A DNA stretch of 62,354 nt, the filler included, from Rhabdomonas costata (taxonomy: Eukaryota): assembly GCA_019059605.1 (NCBI GenBank). It is 36 parts of 36 records of this genome, joined end to end, with 100 filler letters (N's around TTAATTAATTAA, not from the genome) between each part and the next. Parts side by side here need not be neighbours in the genome. Positions count along the whole stretch, not along the records: positions 52,059 to 53,693 come from JAHMHO010011588.1; positions 53,794 to 55,430 come from JAHMHO010011589.1; positions 55,531 to 57,165 come from JAHMHO010011590.1; positions 57,266 to 58,893 come from JAHMHO010011591.1; positions 58,994 to 60,619 come from JAHMHO010011592.1; positions 60,720 to 62,354 come from JAHMHO010011593.1; 30 more parts are not named here. The stretch is one strand, 5' to 3'. The notes beneath the pieces are model-generated. The model was not told where the DNA came from and searched no databases. It worked only from the letters and a program-made list of their open reading frames with translations. This document shows, one piece after another, positions 52,059 to 62,354 of the stretch (its first letter is position 1; every line of letters starts with the position of its first letter). The translations under genes and the position numbers were made by a program.

Positions 52059-53693
52059 GGTTGTGGGGCCAACTTTGAGGTTCCTCTGGAGGAGAGCCAA
52101 GGAAGGTTGCCGTGGCCGTGCTTTTCCAGCGCCTCGCTGAGCGCCCACGCGGCGCGCAGCTTTCTGAAGCCCGGGGGGAGTCTGTTTGTCGTTCGCTCTG
52201 GGGCTGCTGTGCCGATCTTTTTCCTGAGCGCGTACATGGAGGAGCTGGAGTGCCTGCTCCCTCCCACGGAGTTCCTGCTGCGGGACGCGTTACCGATCTC
52301 GACGCTTCGGATGATGGGGATTCAGGGCTCCGTTATGCTTCTGGAGGATCCTATTGCTGCGGGGAAAGCAGGGGGCCAGCCTGGGCTGGCGTCAAAGCTT
52401 TTTCTGCAGCGCAAGCTGGACTTCCTATTCGAGCCACTACGACAGAAGTATGTCCCAGTGCGGGCCACCCCAGACCGCGGGCACCGTGAGCCCCCATACG
52501 AACTGTTGGAAAAGCTCTGTGGCAGCATTTTGGGAGAATCTTCTCATATGAAAGGGAGGATTCCCGTGGATCTCGTTCTTTCCCTTGGGGGCATGGGCAA
52601 AACAAGCACTGGACTGCTATTACAACACAAGCTTTTTGAGGTCGGAAGTAGCGTCTATGGGATTTTCGTGTCGCTGCCTACGATGGGCCAAAATCTGGCT
52701 GAGGCTGTGGGCCTGGCGCAGTTCTTCCACTCCGCGATTGGCGTCACCAAAGCTGACTTTTTCGCTGGCGGAAAAGCAAACGTGGTGCTGATTCTCGACT
52801 CCTGGGATGAAGTGCTGCCCTCAGTACGGGAGGCTGTCCAGCGGCATGGGGGTGGATTGCTCGGTCTTTTCGGGGAGATGGTGGGCAAGGCGCTTCGGCG
52901 AGTTGTGGTGACGTCTCGGCCGGACGCGGTGGCAGGGGGCTCTGATGCGGTCAGGGTCTTGGGCCCCCAGGCGGCTGTGACGGAGCACTGGGTGTTGCCC
53001 TTCAACGAGAGCGACTTCGAGGCCCTTGCGGTGAGAGCGCTAACCTATTCCGTCTTCTCGGCTGCAACGGACCCAGAGCTGGCGAAGGAGAAGCTGAAGC
53101 CCCGCCTGAAAGCGGAAGGCGGGGAGATGATCGCAGCGGGGCTTGCTGCGCGAGAGAGAGATCCGCGGGCGGGCTCCAGGGAGATGCTGAAGGCGATGCT
53201 GGATGCCCGCCGGGAGGTTGTCCGGGAACATGACGAACAGTCCCAGCAGGAGGCCGCAGAGGAGGGGCACAAGAAGGCCAAGGTCCTGGTGAGCCGAGTG
53301 CAGGCCATTCCTGAGCTTCGGGTTCTCATTGGCACTCCTGTACTGGCCACAATGTTGTGCGGAGCAAGCAAGAAGGTGCTAGAGGAGCTGGAGAAGCCGC
53401 GTCGGCAAGCCCTCAGCCGCGGCGAGGTGTACCGTCTAGTGCTGGTGGAGGACACGGCCACGGACTCCAGTGCATGCACTTCCTGCTCGTCTTTTTTGCG
53501 ACCGGCTTTTATTTCTACAACACCTGTTACCACTGTGCTGCAGGCCTGTCAAGAACTGGCCTTGCTGCTTTGCGCGCTGCGGACGACCCACCAGTCGATG
53601 AGAGTGGTGCGGGAGATCTTTCTCCACCGGTACCGAAATAGCCGCAGGAGCCCCAGCATTGCCGCAGACACCTCGTTGCCATGCCAAAACCCC
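52059..53693 (+). CDS. NACHT/STAND P-loop NTPase (NLR-like), partial; frame open across the whole fragment
   Basis: Walker A SLGGMGKTS (~52581-52607), GIFVSLP, Walker B VVLILDSWDEV (~52782), VVVTSRP sensor, VLPFNESD, GTPVLATMLC (~53331), LSRGEVYRLVL, winged-helix ACQELALLL. Confidence 0.88.
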
Positions 53694-53798
53694 NNNNNNN
53701 NNNNNNNNNNNNNNNNNNNNNNNNNNNNNNNNNNNNNTTAATTAATTAANNNNNNNNNNNNNNNNNNNNNNNNNNNNNNNNNNNNNNNNNNNNTGTGG

Positions 53799-54114
53799 GG
53801 TGTTTCGGTAGTTCTTAGAAAACAACAAGAGGCACAACACCTCCAGCGGCTGGCTGAACTGGAGCGAGCGCTGAAGGAGCAGAAAGCCCAGGCCGAGGCC
53901 CACCAGGCCTCTTGGGACCGCGAGCGAGCCGAGCTGAGAAAACAGGTGGGCGTCTTAGTGCATGTTTGTGTGTGTAGCCGGCTCTTATACACTCGCAATG
54001 TCCCTCAGGTCTGCTGTGCTGTTTTCTGCTCTGGCCCTTGCCTGCTGTTGTGAAGCTGAGCTCCTTGTGCTTTTCCGGTGCAGCATGTTGTTTTCTAAGA
54101 ACTACCGAAACACC
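53799..54114. repeat. 29-bp perfect inverted repeat at the fragment start
   Basis: GGTGTTTCGGTAGTTCTTAGAAAACAACA (53799-53827) pairs with 54086-54114. Confidence 0.9.
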
Positions 54115-55163
54115 ATACACCCCCCACCCCTCCCGTGATGCTCCCTGAAACTATGCGTGGTAGTGTGGTATCCCTTGGCGGCTTTCGTGTTTCTTTGCTT
54201 CACTTAGTTCCCCGCGCGGCGGAAGGAGATGCAGTTGGGTGTGCTCTAACATGATTCCATTTCTCCTTGTCAAATGGATGTGTGAAGTGCCTTTTTGAGG
54301 GCGCTCAGAGCCTTCGCAGTCGTGGTGCGGTATTTCACAGTGCGGAGCTGTGGGGAGGCAGCTCTTTGCGGCTGGGGAGGAGGTCAAGGCTAAGGAGCTG
54401 GAGCTGGCCTCGAGCAAGTCCACAATGGAGCAGATGCAGGCGACCACCCTCCCCCTTCCCCCCGCTGCATTTTTTCTTTCCTTCTCCTCCTTGAAGAGTT
54501 GTAGTTTCCGATCCGGAAAGTGGGTGTGCCGTGGAGCACGCATCAACTACACGTGGACCTGCGAGGCCAACTCTATGCTGAATTTCTGATAGGTTAGAAA
54601 TGTGTCAGCGTGCTCTGTTATTTTTACCTGATCTCCGAATTGCTGTATTTGGGTGAGAAGAAAAGGAGCTCCGGATTCCCCGATTCTGCCTCCCCGTGAA
54701 GAATGATGTTGTCGGTGCTTGTGGAACTCTTATCGCTGGAGACATTGCGGGCTCGCTGGAGACGTTGCGGGCCCCTGGACCGTAGTCATTTTTGCTCCAC
54801 AGATTGCGCTTCAAGGGCTTCGAGACGAGAAGCTTCAGCTGAAGCTTGCTCTGGAACGCACGTCAGCTTCCACCACGGCAACCACGGAGCAGGTGATGGC
54901 CCTCAGGTGCGCCGGTCAGCATTTCGGCACTGTTGCGGGGGGGATGAAATGTTTGCTTGGGCTTGGGGTGCATTTTGGAACCCCGCTGGGAGAGAGCTTG
55001 GGGTTTTAGGATGAGTGTTGCTGAGGAAATGCGGAGGGCGCTTTTTGCTTTTTGCTTTACTTTGCGTTTTGAATGTGGTGATCAGGCAAGAGCTTTCTCG
55101 AAGAGACGCCGAGCTGGAGGCGCAGCAGGAGAGGCTGGTGCATCTCCAGGACCTCCACCAAAG
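53811..55163 (+). CDS. Coiled-coil protein, four exons (~53811-53945, 54362-54439, 54803-54906, 55086-55163)
   Basis: QHLQRLAELERALKEQKAQAEAHQASWDRERAELRKQ-LFAAGEEVKAKELELASSKSTMEQMQ-IALQGLRDEKLQLKLALERTSASTTATTEQVMALR-QELSRRDAELEAQQERLVHLQDLHQ; phases compatible. Confidence 0.8.
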
Positions 55164-55375
55164 GCATGCCTAGCACAATGAACAATGTGATCTTTGCAGA
55201 TATGTTGGTGTCATGTGCGCTGTGCGAATAGAGTGCCAATATGTTGCGAGAGGTGTCATGCGCATGTTCTGTTTCCTATTGTAGTCCCCCTGCGCTTTCG
55301 CCTACACCCGCTCTTGATTGGAAACTCGAAAACAACCGCCGCGTTTGAAAGAATCTCGAATTTCAAGATCTGGAA

Positions 55376-55411
<36 letters not shown>

Positions 55412-55637
55412 CCCACACACACCCACCACANNNNNNNNNNNNNNNNNNNNNNNNNNNNNNNNNNNNNNNNNNNNTTAATTAATTAANNNNNNNNNNNNNN
55501 NNNNNNNNNNNNNNNNNNNNNNNNNNNNNNTTTGTTGGGGGCCAGTCACGTTTTCTTGGTTCTTTTCTGGTCACTTTCCGGAGTTATCTTTTGGTCGTTC
55601 GCCCGCTCGCCTGCTCACTTTGCGCTTGCACTCTCAG

Positions 55638-55931
55638 CTGTCTGCGACGTCGAAGTTTTCGGGGGCATGACAATCACGGCAATCATCGGCTACTACAGCT
55701 ACGTGGCAATGTCTGGATCCCGACCATACTATTACCAGAACGCGAATCGACTTTACATGTACTACGTCGCCGGGAAGGGGTGGAATATTGGCAACACCTT
55801 GTGGTCGACGAACAGTTCCCTGGCATACGTTTCCGCAACGGACACCACCGCTGATCAGATTAGCGGTGTCTGGCGGGTGTACACTGAATCCGGGTTTTCC
55901 TCGGACACGAGCGTTTGGACGTCGTGCGCAG
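55638..55931 (+). CDS. 294-nt phase-1/phase-1 exon encoding an aromatic-rich extracellular beta module
   Basis: ctctcag|AVCDVEVFGG...IIGYYSYVAMSGSRPYYYQNANRLYMYYVAGKGWNIGNTL...AYVSATDTTADQISGVWRVYTESGFSSDTSVWTSCA|gtgtgg. Confidence 0.75.
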
Positions 55932-56862
55932 GTGTGGTCCAACCCTTCCTCGTAAGAACGTAAGGATTCATACCTTTTGGCGCACGCACTATGGACCCAT
56001 CTCTAGAAATTACAACCCTTTACTGCGAATGCGGTTGCATCCGCCAGGGCAAAAGCACAACGCGTTTGTGGAGATCAACACTTATATTGGTCACAGGTTC
56101 ACTTAACGGGCCCAACGGGGCAGAGCCCCCCCAGTAATGTTCCTAGGGTTAGTGAGTGATGCCTCGCTTTGGACGCTGATCCGTTTATTTCGTTGCTAAT
56201 CTCCATCCGAGACGGTCACATCTTCTGATGATTGGTGTGTACCTGCTGTTCCTTTTAGCCTGTTAAGTGAACCTATTTACCCTTTATAACCCCCCCCCCC
56301 GTTTCTATTTATAAACCCCTATGGTGTTAAACGCACACCTTCCCAAAAGGCTTAGCCAAGAGGCTTCAGCAAGGAGTTTCCTCAGCTGCCGTCGAAATGG
56401 GTTCCCAAGGACGGCTTGGAAGAGTCTGCGAAAGCCTCAGCTTTCAATCACCACACCGCTTGCAAAGCACCAAAATGTCAGCCTCCCCCTCCACAAAAAA
56501 CGCTCTGCATTCACACAGCTGAAAAGAAAAGGAACTTCAAAGCAGGTAAAGGGGGGTTTTTCTGCTCTGGTTCTCGTTTGATGTTGTGAGGAGGCTGGGT
56601 TCTGTGCGTTTGGTTTCTTTCTGCTAAAAAAGGGAACAGCAAAAATCAGATGACGAAGAAGAATTCAGTTGGCGTGGATGATGTGGACGAAACCACATCA
56701 AAGTTTCGCCGATGCCCATCCTCCCCCTCCAGTACTCCTGCTCCTTCACCCCAATGTGTTCAGAAACCCACACCGCAATCCAAGCGCAACGGTTCCACGG
56801 TGTACTGATTTCGCTGAAACACACACCCACTCACACATGACAAACGAACAAACCAAGCGTAC

Positions 56863-57165
56863 CAACGCGTTCGAAAAGACAAACGAACCAGCCCCAAGGT
56901 CCATCACTGAGTAGCCGAACCCCTCCGTCTTGCTAAACCTCCGCGGAAACACCGCAAAGTCCACCGCCAGCAAGGCTAGACACGTCGACAGCAGCAGGGC
57001 GACCCGGTAGGAGTCCAGAAAATCCAGTCTATGCCCCGTTACAGCGGTGGGAAGCCCGTTGGGTTGGCACAAAGGGCTGCTTCGTAGCGAAAAAGTGACC
57101 GTCCCAAGAAGAACAGCAGTTGTATGCAGCCATGTGACAAGGTGAGGCAAGGTGAAGGCCAACCA
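56863..57165 (-). CDS. PIGW: GPI inositol acyltransferase GWT1/PIG-W, internal exon
   Basis: FLDSYRVALLLSTCLALLAVDFAVFPRRFSKTEGFGYSVMDLGAGSFVFSNAL matches the GWT1 AILAVDF.FPRRFAK.E.WG.SLMDLGVGSFVFS motif; donor gtacgc at 56862; 5' boundary uncertain. Confidence 0.93.
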
Positions 57166-60100
57166 NNNNNNNNNNNNNNNNNNNNNNNNNNNNNNNNNNN
57201 NNNNNNNNNTTAATTAATTAANNNNNNNNNNNNNNNNNNNNNNNNNNNNNNNNNNNNNNNNNNNNTGTGGTGGGTGTGTGTGGTGGGGTGTTTGTGTCAT
57301 TTTCACGGATCAGCAGAGATTCATCCAGTTCTTGTTATGATTGATCCGTCCTGCACCCTTCCTTTCGTCTTGCACCTGGTGTAGGGTCGTTAGATACGCC
57401 GCCAAAGCAAGAAGTTTGCTGTGGCGGCGTATTGCGGCGGCGTTGTGTTCCGCCAGAGCATATGTTTGCCTGTCCCATGGACTCTGGCACCCCGCCTGGT
57501 CGGGCATACCTAGAGACTAGAGACTTTTGCAAAGTTTGCAAAACATCGTGTGAGTGTGGTAGAATTTATTGAATTGCGTGGCCGATTAATATGTTGGCTC
57601 AAGAAGCTTGAGGACACCCGTAACAGAGCTTCTCTTGTGTATCAAGGAGCGGTGCACGGGATGCGCTGAGGATTTTTTGCATAGAAAGATATTTTTGACT
57701 ACCAAAAACCCCATCAGGATGTGCGGGTGCACTTCCTCCGCCTCGAATTATGAGTATGTAAGGTCACTTAAAATGTAAAACGGTGTTTTGTGCTGGGGTG
57801 TCATCACAATGTGAAGTGCGATACTGTCACATACCTGCTGTTGTATGCCTGCTGTTGTATTTTTGTCATGTTCTGTTAGAGTGAACCCACGACCACCTCG
57901 AAAGGTGTGATGTGCCACCACATTTGGGGAGGGGAGGGGAGCGCGTTACTTTGTTCCATTACTGGTGTTGTGCCAAAACCTCTTTGCATCGCTCGTGTGG
58001 TGATTGATGATGATAAGGGAGAAGAGGAGGAGAGGAGAGGAGCTGAGCAGTTCGTGGGAATCAGGTCCTGAGACTCTCACTCGATCTTCGGGTCATTCGG
58101 ATTCACTTTTCGATAAAGCCAAGTGTGCGCACAGGGAAAGTGAGAGAAGGTCGATATCAGAAGGTAAGAAATGCATCGGATTCCAATTCTTGCGCTGAGC
58201 GATGTTTTAACTGGGGAGCCACACCGTTGAGGATGGTTGCATGTGCTTAGGTATTTCGGAGCTTATTACTGAGAACAGTCACACCAACTTTCTGCCTTCC
58301 TCACAGCCTAAATGATCATCGGCATCGGGTGGTACACCATGGTGATGGTTGTAGAAGGAGAGGACCCTTCCTCGGCACTCCTTTATTTTGAGGGAAACCG
58401 TGGAAGAGAGAACTGTGGAAATTGAAATGCGACGGAGGACACTGCTGCGTCTCTCTTTGTGTTTCGCTCGGTCTCCAGCTCCTCTTCTTTTTGTAGATAT
58501 GCATATCTGTGGTTTTCTGAGGGAATTTGTGTACATTTCGTGGGTGTCCGCCATCGGTAAGAGTAGCTGAGCCTCCAGTGCTTGTCAGGCTCTTTGTCCT
58601 TTGAGATCTTTTTCTCTATTTGTGTGGGACTTGGAGGTTCCGGCTGTGGCCCCGGACACTGTTCTTTGGTAGATTCCGTTTCATTGTGGGCTGTACATGA
58701 ATGATGGGGCAATCTCCCAAGTTGTCATCTTTAAACTGCTCTTAAGGCTCAGTCTGTTTTATGTTGGGTTCCAAAAATATGTGCTTGTGGAGTGGACAAT
58801 GATGAGCAACGGTACGTTCATATATGTCAATTACACGCCTTCACTGTCCGTCCAGCGCAGTCTCACGTAAGCCAAAACTAAATCAACCAAAACNNNNNNN
58901 NNNNNNNNNNNNNNNNNNNNNNNNNNNNNNNNNNNNNTTAATTAATTAANNNNNNNNNNNNNNNNNNNNNNNNNNNNNNNNNNNNNNNNNNNNGTTTTTT
59001 TGTCTTGGGCCGGTTGTTTTGAACTTCAGGTGGGCTTTTGGTGTGCGAGGAGCCCTCATTGAGTGGGATAGGTTGGCCAGGCAACTTTCTTCTCACCGTT
59101 GTCCCTGACTTACGAAGCGCATCCTTTCCATGGTTCTTATGGGCATTTCCCTCACCTTATCCAGAAGAAGGATAATAAGTCCTGAAAGTGGCCCTGGCTA
59201 TCTGCAAGCACGACGAATTTTCGTCAAAATTTGTCCGAAATTTTTTTTTTCGGATTTTCGGATTTTTTCGGATATTCGTCTTACCGTTGAGCAGCTTTCA
59301 CGTTTGAACTCTTTTTATTATGCTTTTTGCCCCCTCCCCCTCCCTTTCCCCTCTCTTTTTTGCATCTTTACCTCTGAAAAAGCCGGTGTGCGACCACCAA
59401 CTATTTTTGAAGGCATCCGATTTTCACTCGTATGTTTGCACCAGGATTGCGGCCTTTGGGCCACTACAGACGAACTAGTGTTTGAGGACGGGCGGGGGTT
59501 TTCTCTGAGCCTATGCTTTTCCCCTTTCACAATCCCTGCCTTCCGAAGTCGGCCCCGCGGAGAGAGGGAGTAGTGAGGGAGAGATTGGAAGAAAGTTAGT
59601 TGGTACCCAGTTTCATCGGACACACGGAAGTCTGGATCGTGCTCGGTGCTAGCCTTTGCTTCGTTTTTTGTGGTGGATGCGCGGAAAATGGCAATATTGT
59701 TGCTGTGTCCAAGATATGAGTGGAAAGGAGAGGGGAGCAAACAATGGTTTCCTTCGGAAACTCCTGCTTGCTCCCAAGTGAAATGGAATCATCACACAAA
59801 AAAGTGCTTTCTAAGGTTCGGCACCAGGGGAACAGCGCCAGGTTTGGATGCATGGAGAGGGAGGGAGGGCAGCAAGAGTCCGTGGCCACGAAAGAACGAA
59901 AGAATCTGTGGGTGAACTGAGTGGGCGAGCAAACAGCAGTTTTAGATCGTGTTTTAAAGTTATTTTTTCCGGGCTTACCACCCCCACCTTACGACCCCCC
60001 TTCAGCTTCGCCGCCGCCACAACCGCCGCAAGCGCAGCTGCAGCAGCCCCGTGTCCCGAGGTCCGAGGCACCAGCCCCTGCGAGACAGCCATCTCGGTGA

Positions 60101-60464
60101 ACGTCGGGCGAGGGGCTGCCCCACTGAGCTCCCGAGGGGCCATCCCACTGGTGACCCCCAGCAAAGCCGCGGCGCCCCCCAAAGGCAGTCCTGAGGATGG
60201 GGAGCCCTGATGGGTGGGAGTAGTTGCGCAGTCCGGAACAGGGGCGTGGCCCCGAAACAAACCACTGCCACTGCGAGCCGGGCCGTGACGGCCTCCAGGG
60301 AGGGGTTGCGGCACAATGGCACCTGCTGTAGGGGAGGAACAGGAGAGGGTGCCTTCTTCTGCAGTAGGCGCCCCCTATCACCACGTTTGCTGTTTGTTGG
60401 TTTTCTTATGGTGGGGGGTAGATTCGGGAGTTCATTCGCGAGGGGCTTGTTTTGGTCAGCAGCT

Positions 60465-60612
60465 GTGAACAAATAGTGCGAGACCGGATGCTAAGTGACA
60501 GGGACACGTGCAGGTACCCCTCTTCGGGCCCCACTCGGGGGGGGGGGGCTCGAAGAGGTGTACCTGCACGTATCCCTGTCACCTAGCATCCGGTCTCGCA
60601 CTATTTGTTCAC
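60465..60612. repeat. 68-bp inverted repeat with 4 mismatches at the fragment end
   Basis: ~60465-60532 pairs with ~60545-60612; the outer 29 bp are perfect and the mismatches all lie in the inner part. Confidence 0.92.
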
Positions 60613-61206
60613 ACCACACNNNNNNNNNNNNNNNNNNNNNNNNNNNNNNNNNNNNNNNNNNNNTTAATTAATTAANNNNNNNNNNNNNNNNNNNNNNNNN
60701 NNNNNNNNNNNNNNNNNNNGTGTAGGCCCCAGGAACTTGATGTGTTGCGTGAACCGTGTGCAATGCCATTCGCGTTCAATGTTTGATGCTGTGATTTCTC
60801 GTTTGGGTCGCCTCGGCCTAAGGGCACTTCATTCTTTCTCGAATACGTCATTGGACTTGACTTCTCGACTCGGTTCATTCGCATGGTCTGGAAGCTGAAG
60901 AAGCAAGGGCTCAGCAAGTTTTCTGTCGCAGAAGAAGGGCTTCCTCATTTGAACTCAGTGTGATCACACAGTGTGTGCATATACGTGAACCTCTTCGACC
61001 TCCTCTCTTAAATGCACAATAAATCGATGTGCTAATTTCAAATGGTGTTGTGCTGGGATAGGGCTGCTAAGTTTGGGGTGGAATACGCTGCCTGGATTTT
61101 CGACTGCTCATTGTCGAGGAGATAGCTTTCTGCACGTGCGAAGAAGCTCTCCACAGCCATTCACAGGCTGGCAGCCGTCATGGATGTTGCTAGGCTCTCT
61201 TTGCAG

Positions 61207-61458
61207 AGTGTCACGGTGGCACTCCGCGCTTCGACCATGCGAAGTACAACGCGGGCATTCCTGGAGCTAGTGCAGCCCTCGGAGGATATGATCCTGGCAC
61301 AGTCCTACCGGCTGAAGGGTAGCGAGGTGCTCAGCATCCCCGGCTCCACGGCGGTGCTGAACTATAGCAGCATCCTGGCCACCTTGGGGCTGCACTTTGA
61401 CATTCGGAGCAGCCGGTTCATCTCCATCATCGACTATGCCTTGGTTTTTCAGTCCACC
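61207..61458 (+). CDS. Internal exon, possibly the N-terminal helical part of a Cache-type receptor ectodomain
   Basis: ttgcag|SVTVALRASTMRSTTRAFLELVQPSEDMILAQSYRLKG...LNYSSILATLGLHFDIRSSRFISIIDYALVFQST|gtgagg; high GC3; family call is only by resemblance. Confidence 0.45.
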
Positions 61459-62354
61459 GTGAGGTGTATATATGGTTGTGTGTGCTTCCGACATGCTCCA
61501 GCAATCTCAATGCAAAACCCTTGCAATAGGAAACTTGTAGCGAACTGGGTGGCGTCTCGCTCCAGAGCGTTTTTTCATCTTTTGCTGTCGCTGAGCTTAA
61601 GGGCGAGAAAACCCTTGTCGAGCATGCCCAATGAATAACAGCAAGAAAACCCTATAGACCCTGGAGTGTTCAGCAGTCTGCATTTTGCGATCACTCCCCA
61701 CAACGGTGGGACAGAACGTCCAGGGGGGTTGGAACATGAAAGGGAAAGGGCAGCCAGCTGCCACCGGTGTGTGTGAAGATCCGTGTGAAGATCCGTGGGG
61801 AAGGTGTGGTGCCCAAGCTCTTGTGCATTGTATGTGCGCAAATAGAAGCGTGACACCATTCTCCGCAGACCCTGGCACTCGCCGCGAGCGAGGGACGTTA
61901 GGTGGAGTCTCGTACCGGCTTAAGCCGGGGAGTGACGACCTTAGCTGGAGCATGCGAGGGACCGAGCATGCGACCTAGGGGTTAGAGGACGAACGTACCA
62001 CCTTAGGGTGGGGAGTGAGGACGTCAGGTGGGAGGCACCCGAGGTACCGAGGGTGACGACAGAGGTCTTTCGGTCTTCAGGTGTCGGGTTCCTGGGTTCG
62101 GTAGTGGTGAGTGCTTGCGAGTGGGGGGTGTTAGTGTATCGGGTATTCCTGCATTCGGGTTCCGGTCTCGGGTTCCTTCTTCTCTCTTCGGAGGGCGGTT
62201 TTGTTAGGTAGCTAGATAAGGGTCTGCGGATCCAGGACAAGGTCGGTTGTTTGCATATCAGAAAGGACTTTCTTCACTTTACGCGACTGCACGAATACAC
62301 CAAAGCACAGTTCAGGCCCCAGTACCATGCGTAGAAGAGGTTCCGCATGCGAAG

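Noticed and set aside
1637..60719. Regularly spaced TTAATTAATTAA motif suggesting a CRISPR-like array or nanochromosome ends
   Set aside because: It is embedded in N runs and gives stops in all six frames, which marks a concatenation linker. ORFs ending in X...LIN are artefacts.

Overview
This is not one locus. It is 36 unrelated ~1.63-kb assembly fragments joined by artificial 100-nt linkers (N44-TTAATTAATTAA-N44, stops in all six frames), so nothing can be inferred across a linker, and ORF-track entries containing X runs are artefacts. The DNA is from an intron-rich, flagellated eukaryote using the standard code. By inference it is a euglenozoan, probably euglenid-like: trypanosomatid-style IFT20 N-terminus, CRK3-like CDK, and Cache/TM/HAMP receptor plus class III cyclase fragments. 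Spliced fragments recovered by hand include AP-1 sigma, DNA primase large subunit, IFT20, TSG101/Vps23, CDK1/CRK3, a divergent CDK-like kinase, a SMYD-type SET protein, a DHHC palmitoyltransferase, GWT1/PIG-W, an adenylate/guanylate cyclase, two or three Cache-HAMP receptors, and Kelch, LamG, BRCT and sulfatase-like pieces. Decayed mobile elements are a Ty3/Gypsy integrase, a CRE-clade RLE non-LTR element and a LINE APE endonuclease. The best candidates for follow-up are an uninterrupted NACHT/STAND (NLR-like) NTPase with a helical insertion, the CRE-clade element, the receptor-cyclase family, recurring probable GC-AG introns, an antisense exon apparently nested in a GWT1 intron, and a CpG-depleted repeat. 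No tRNA, rRNA, SL RNA or CRISPR array was recognised, and I cannot claim a complete new multi-gene system from such short fragments.
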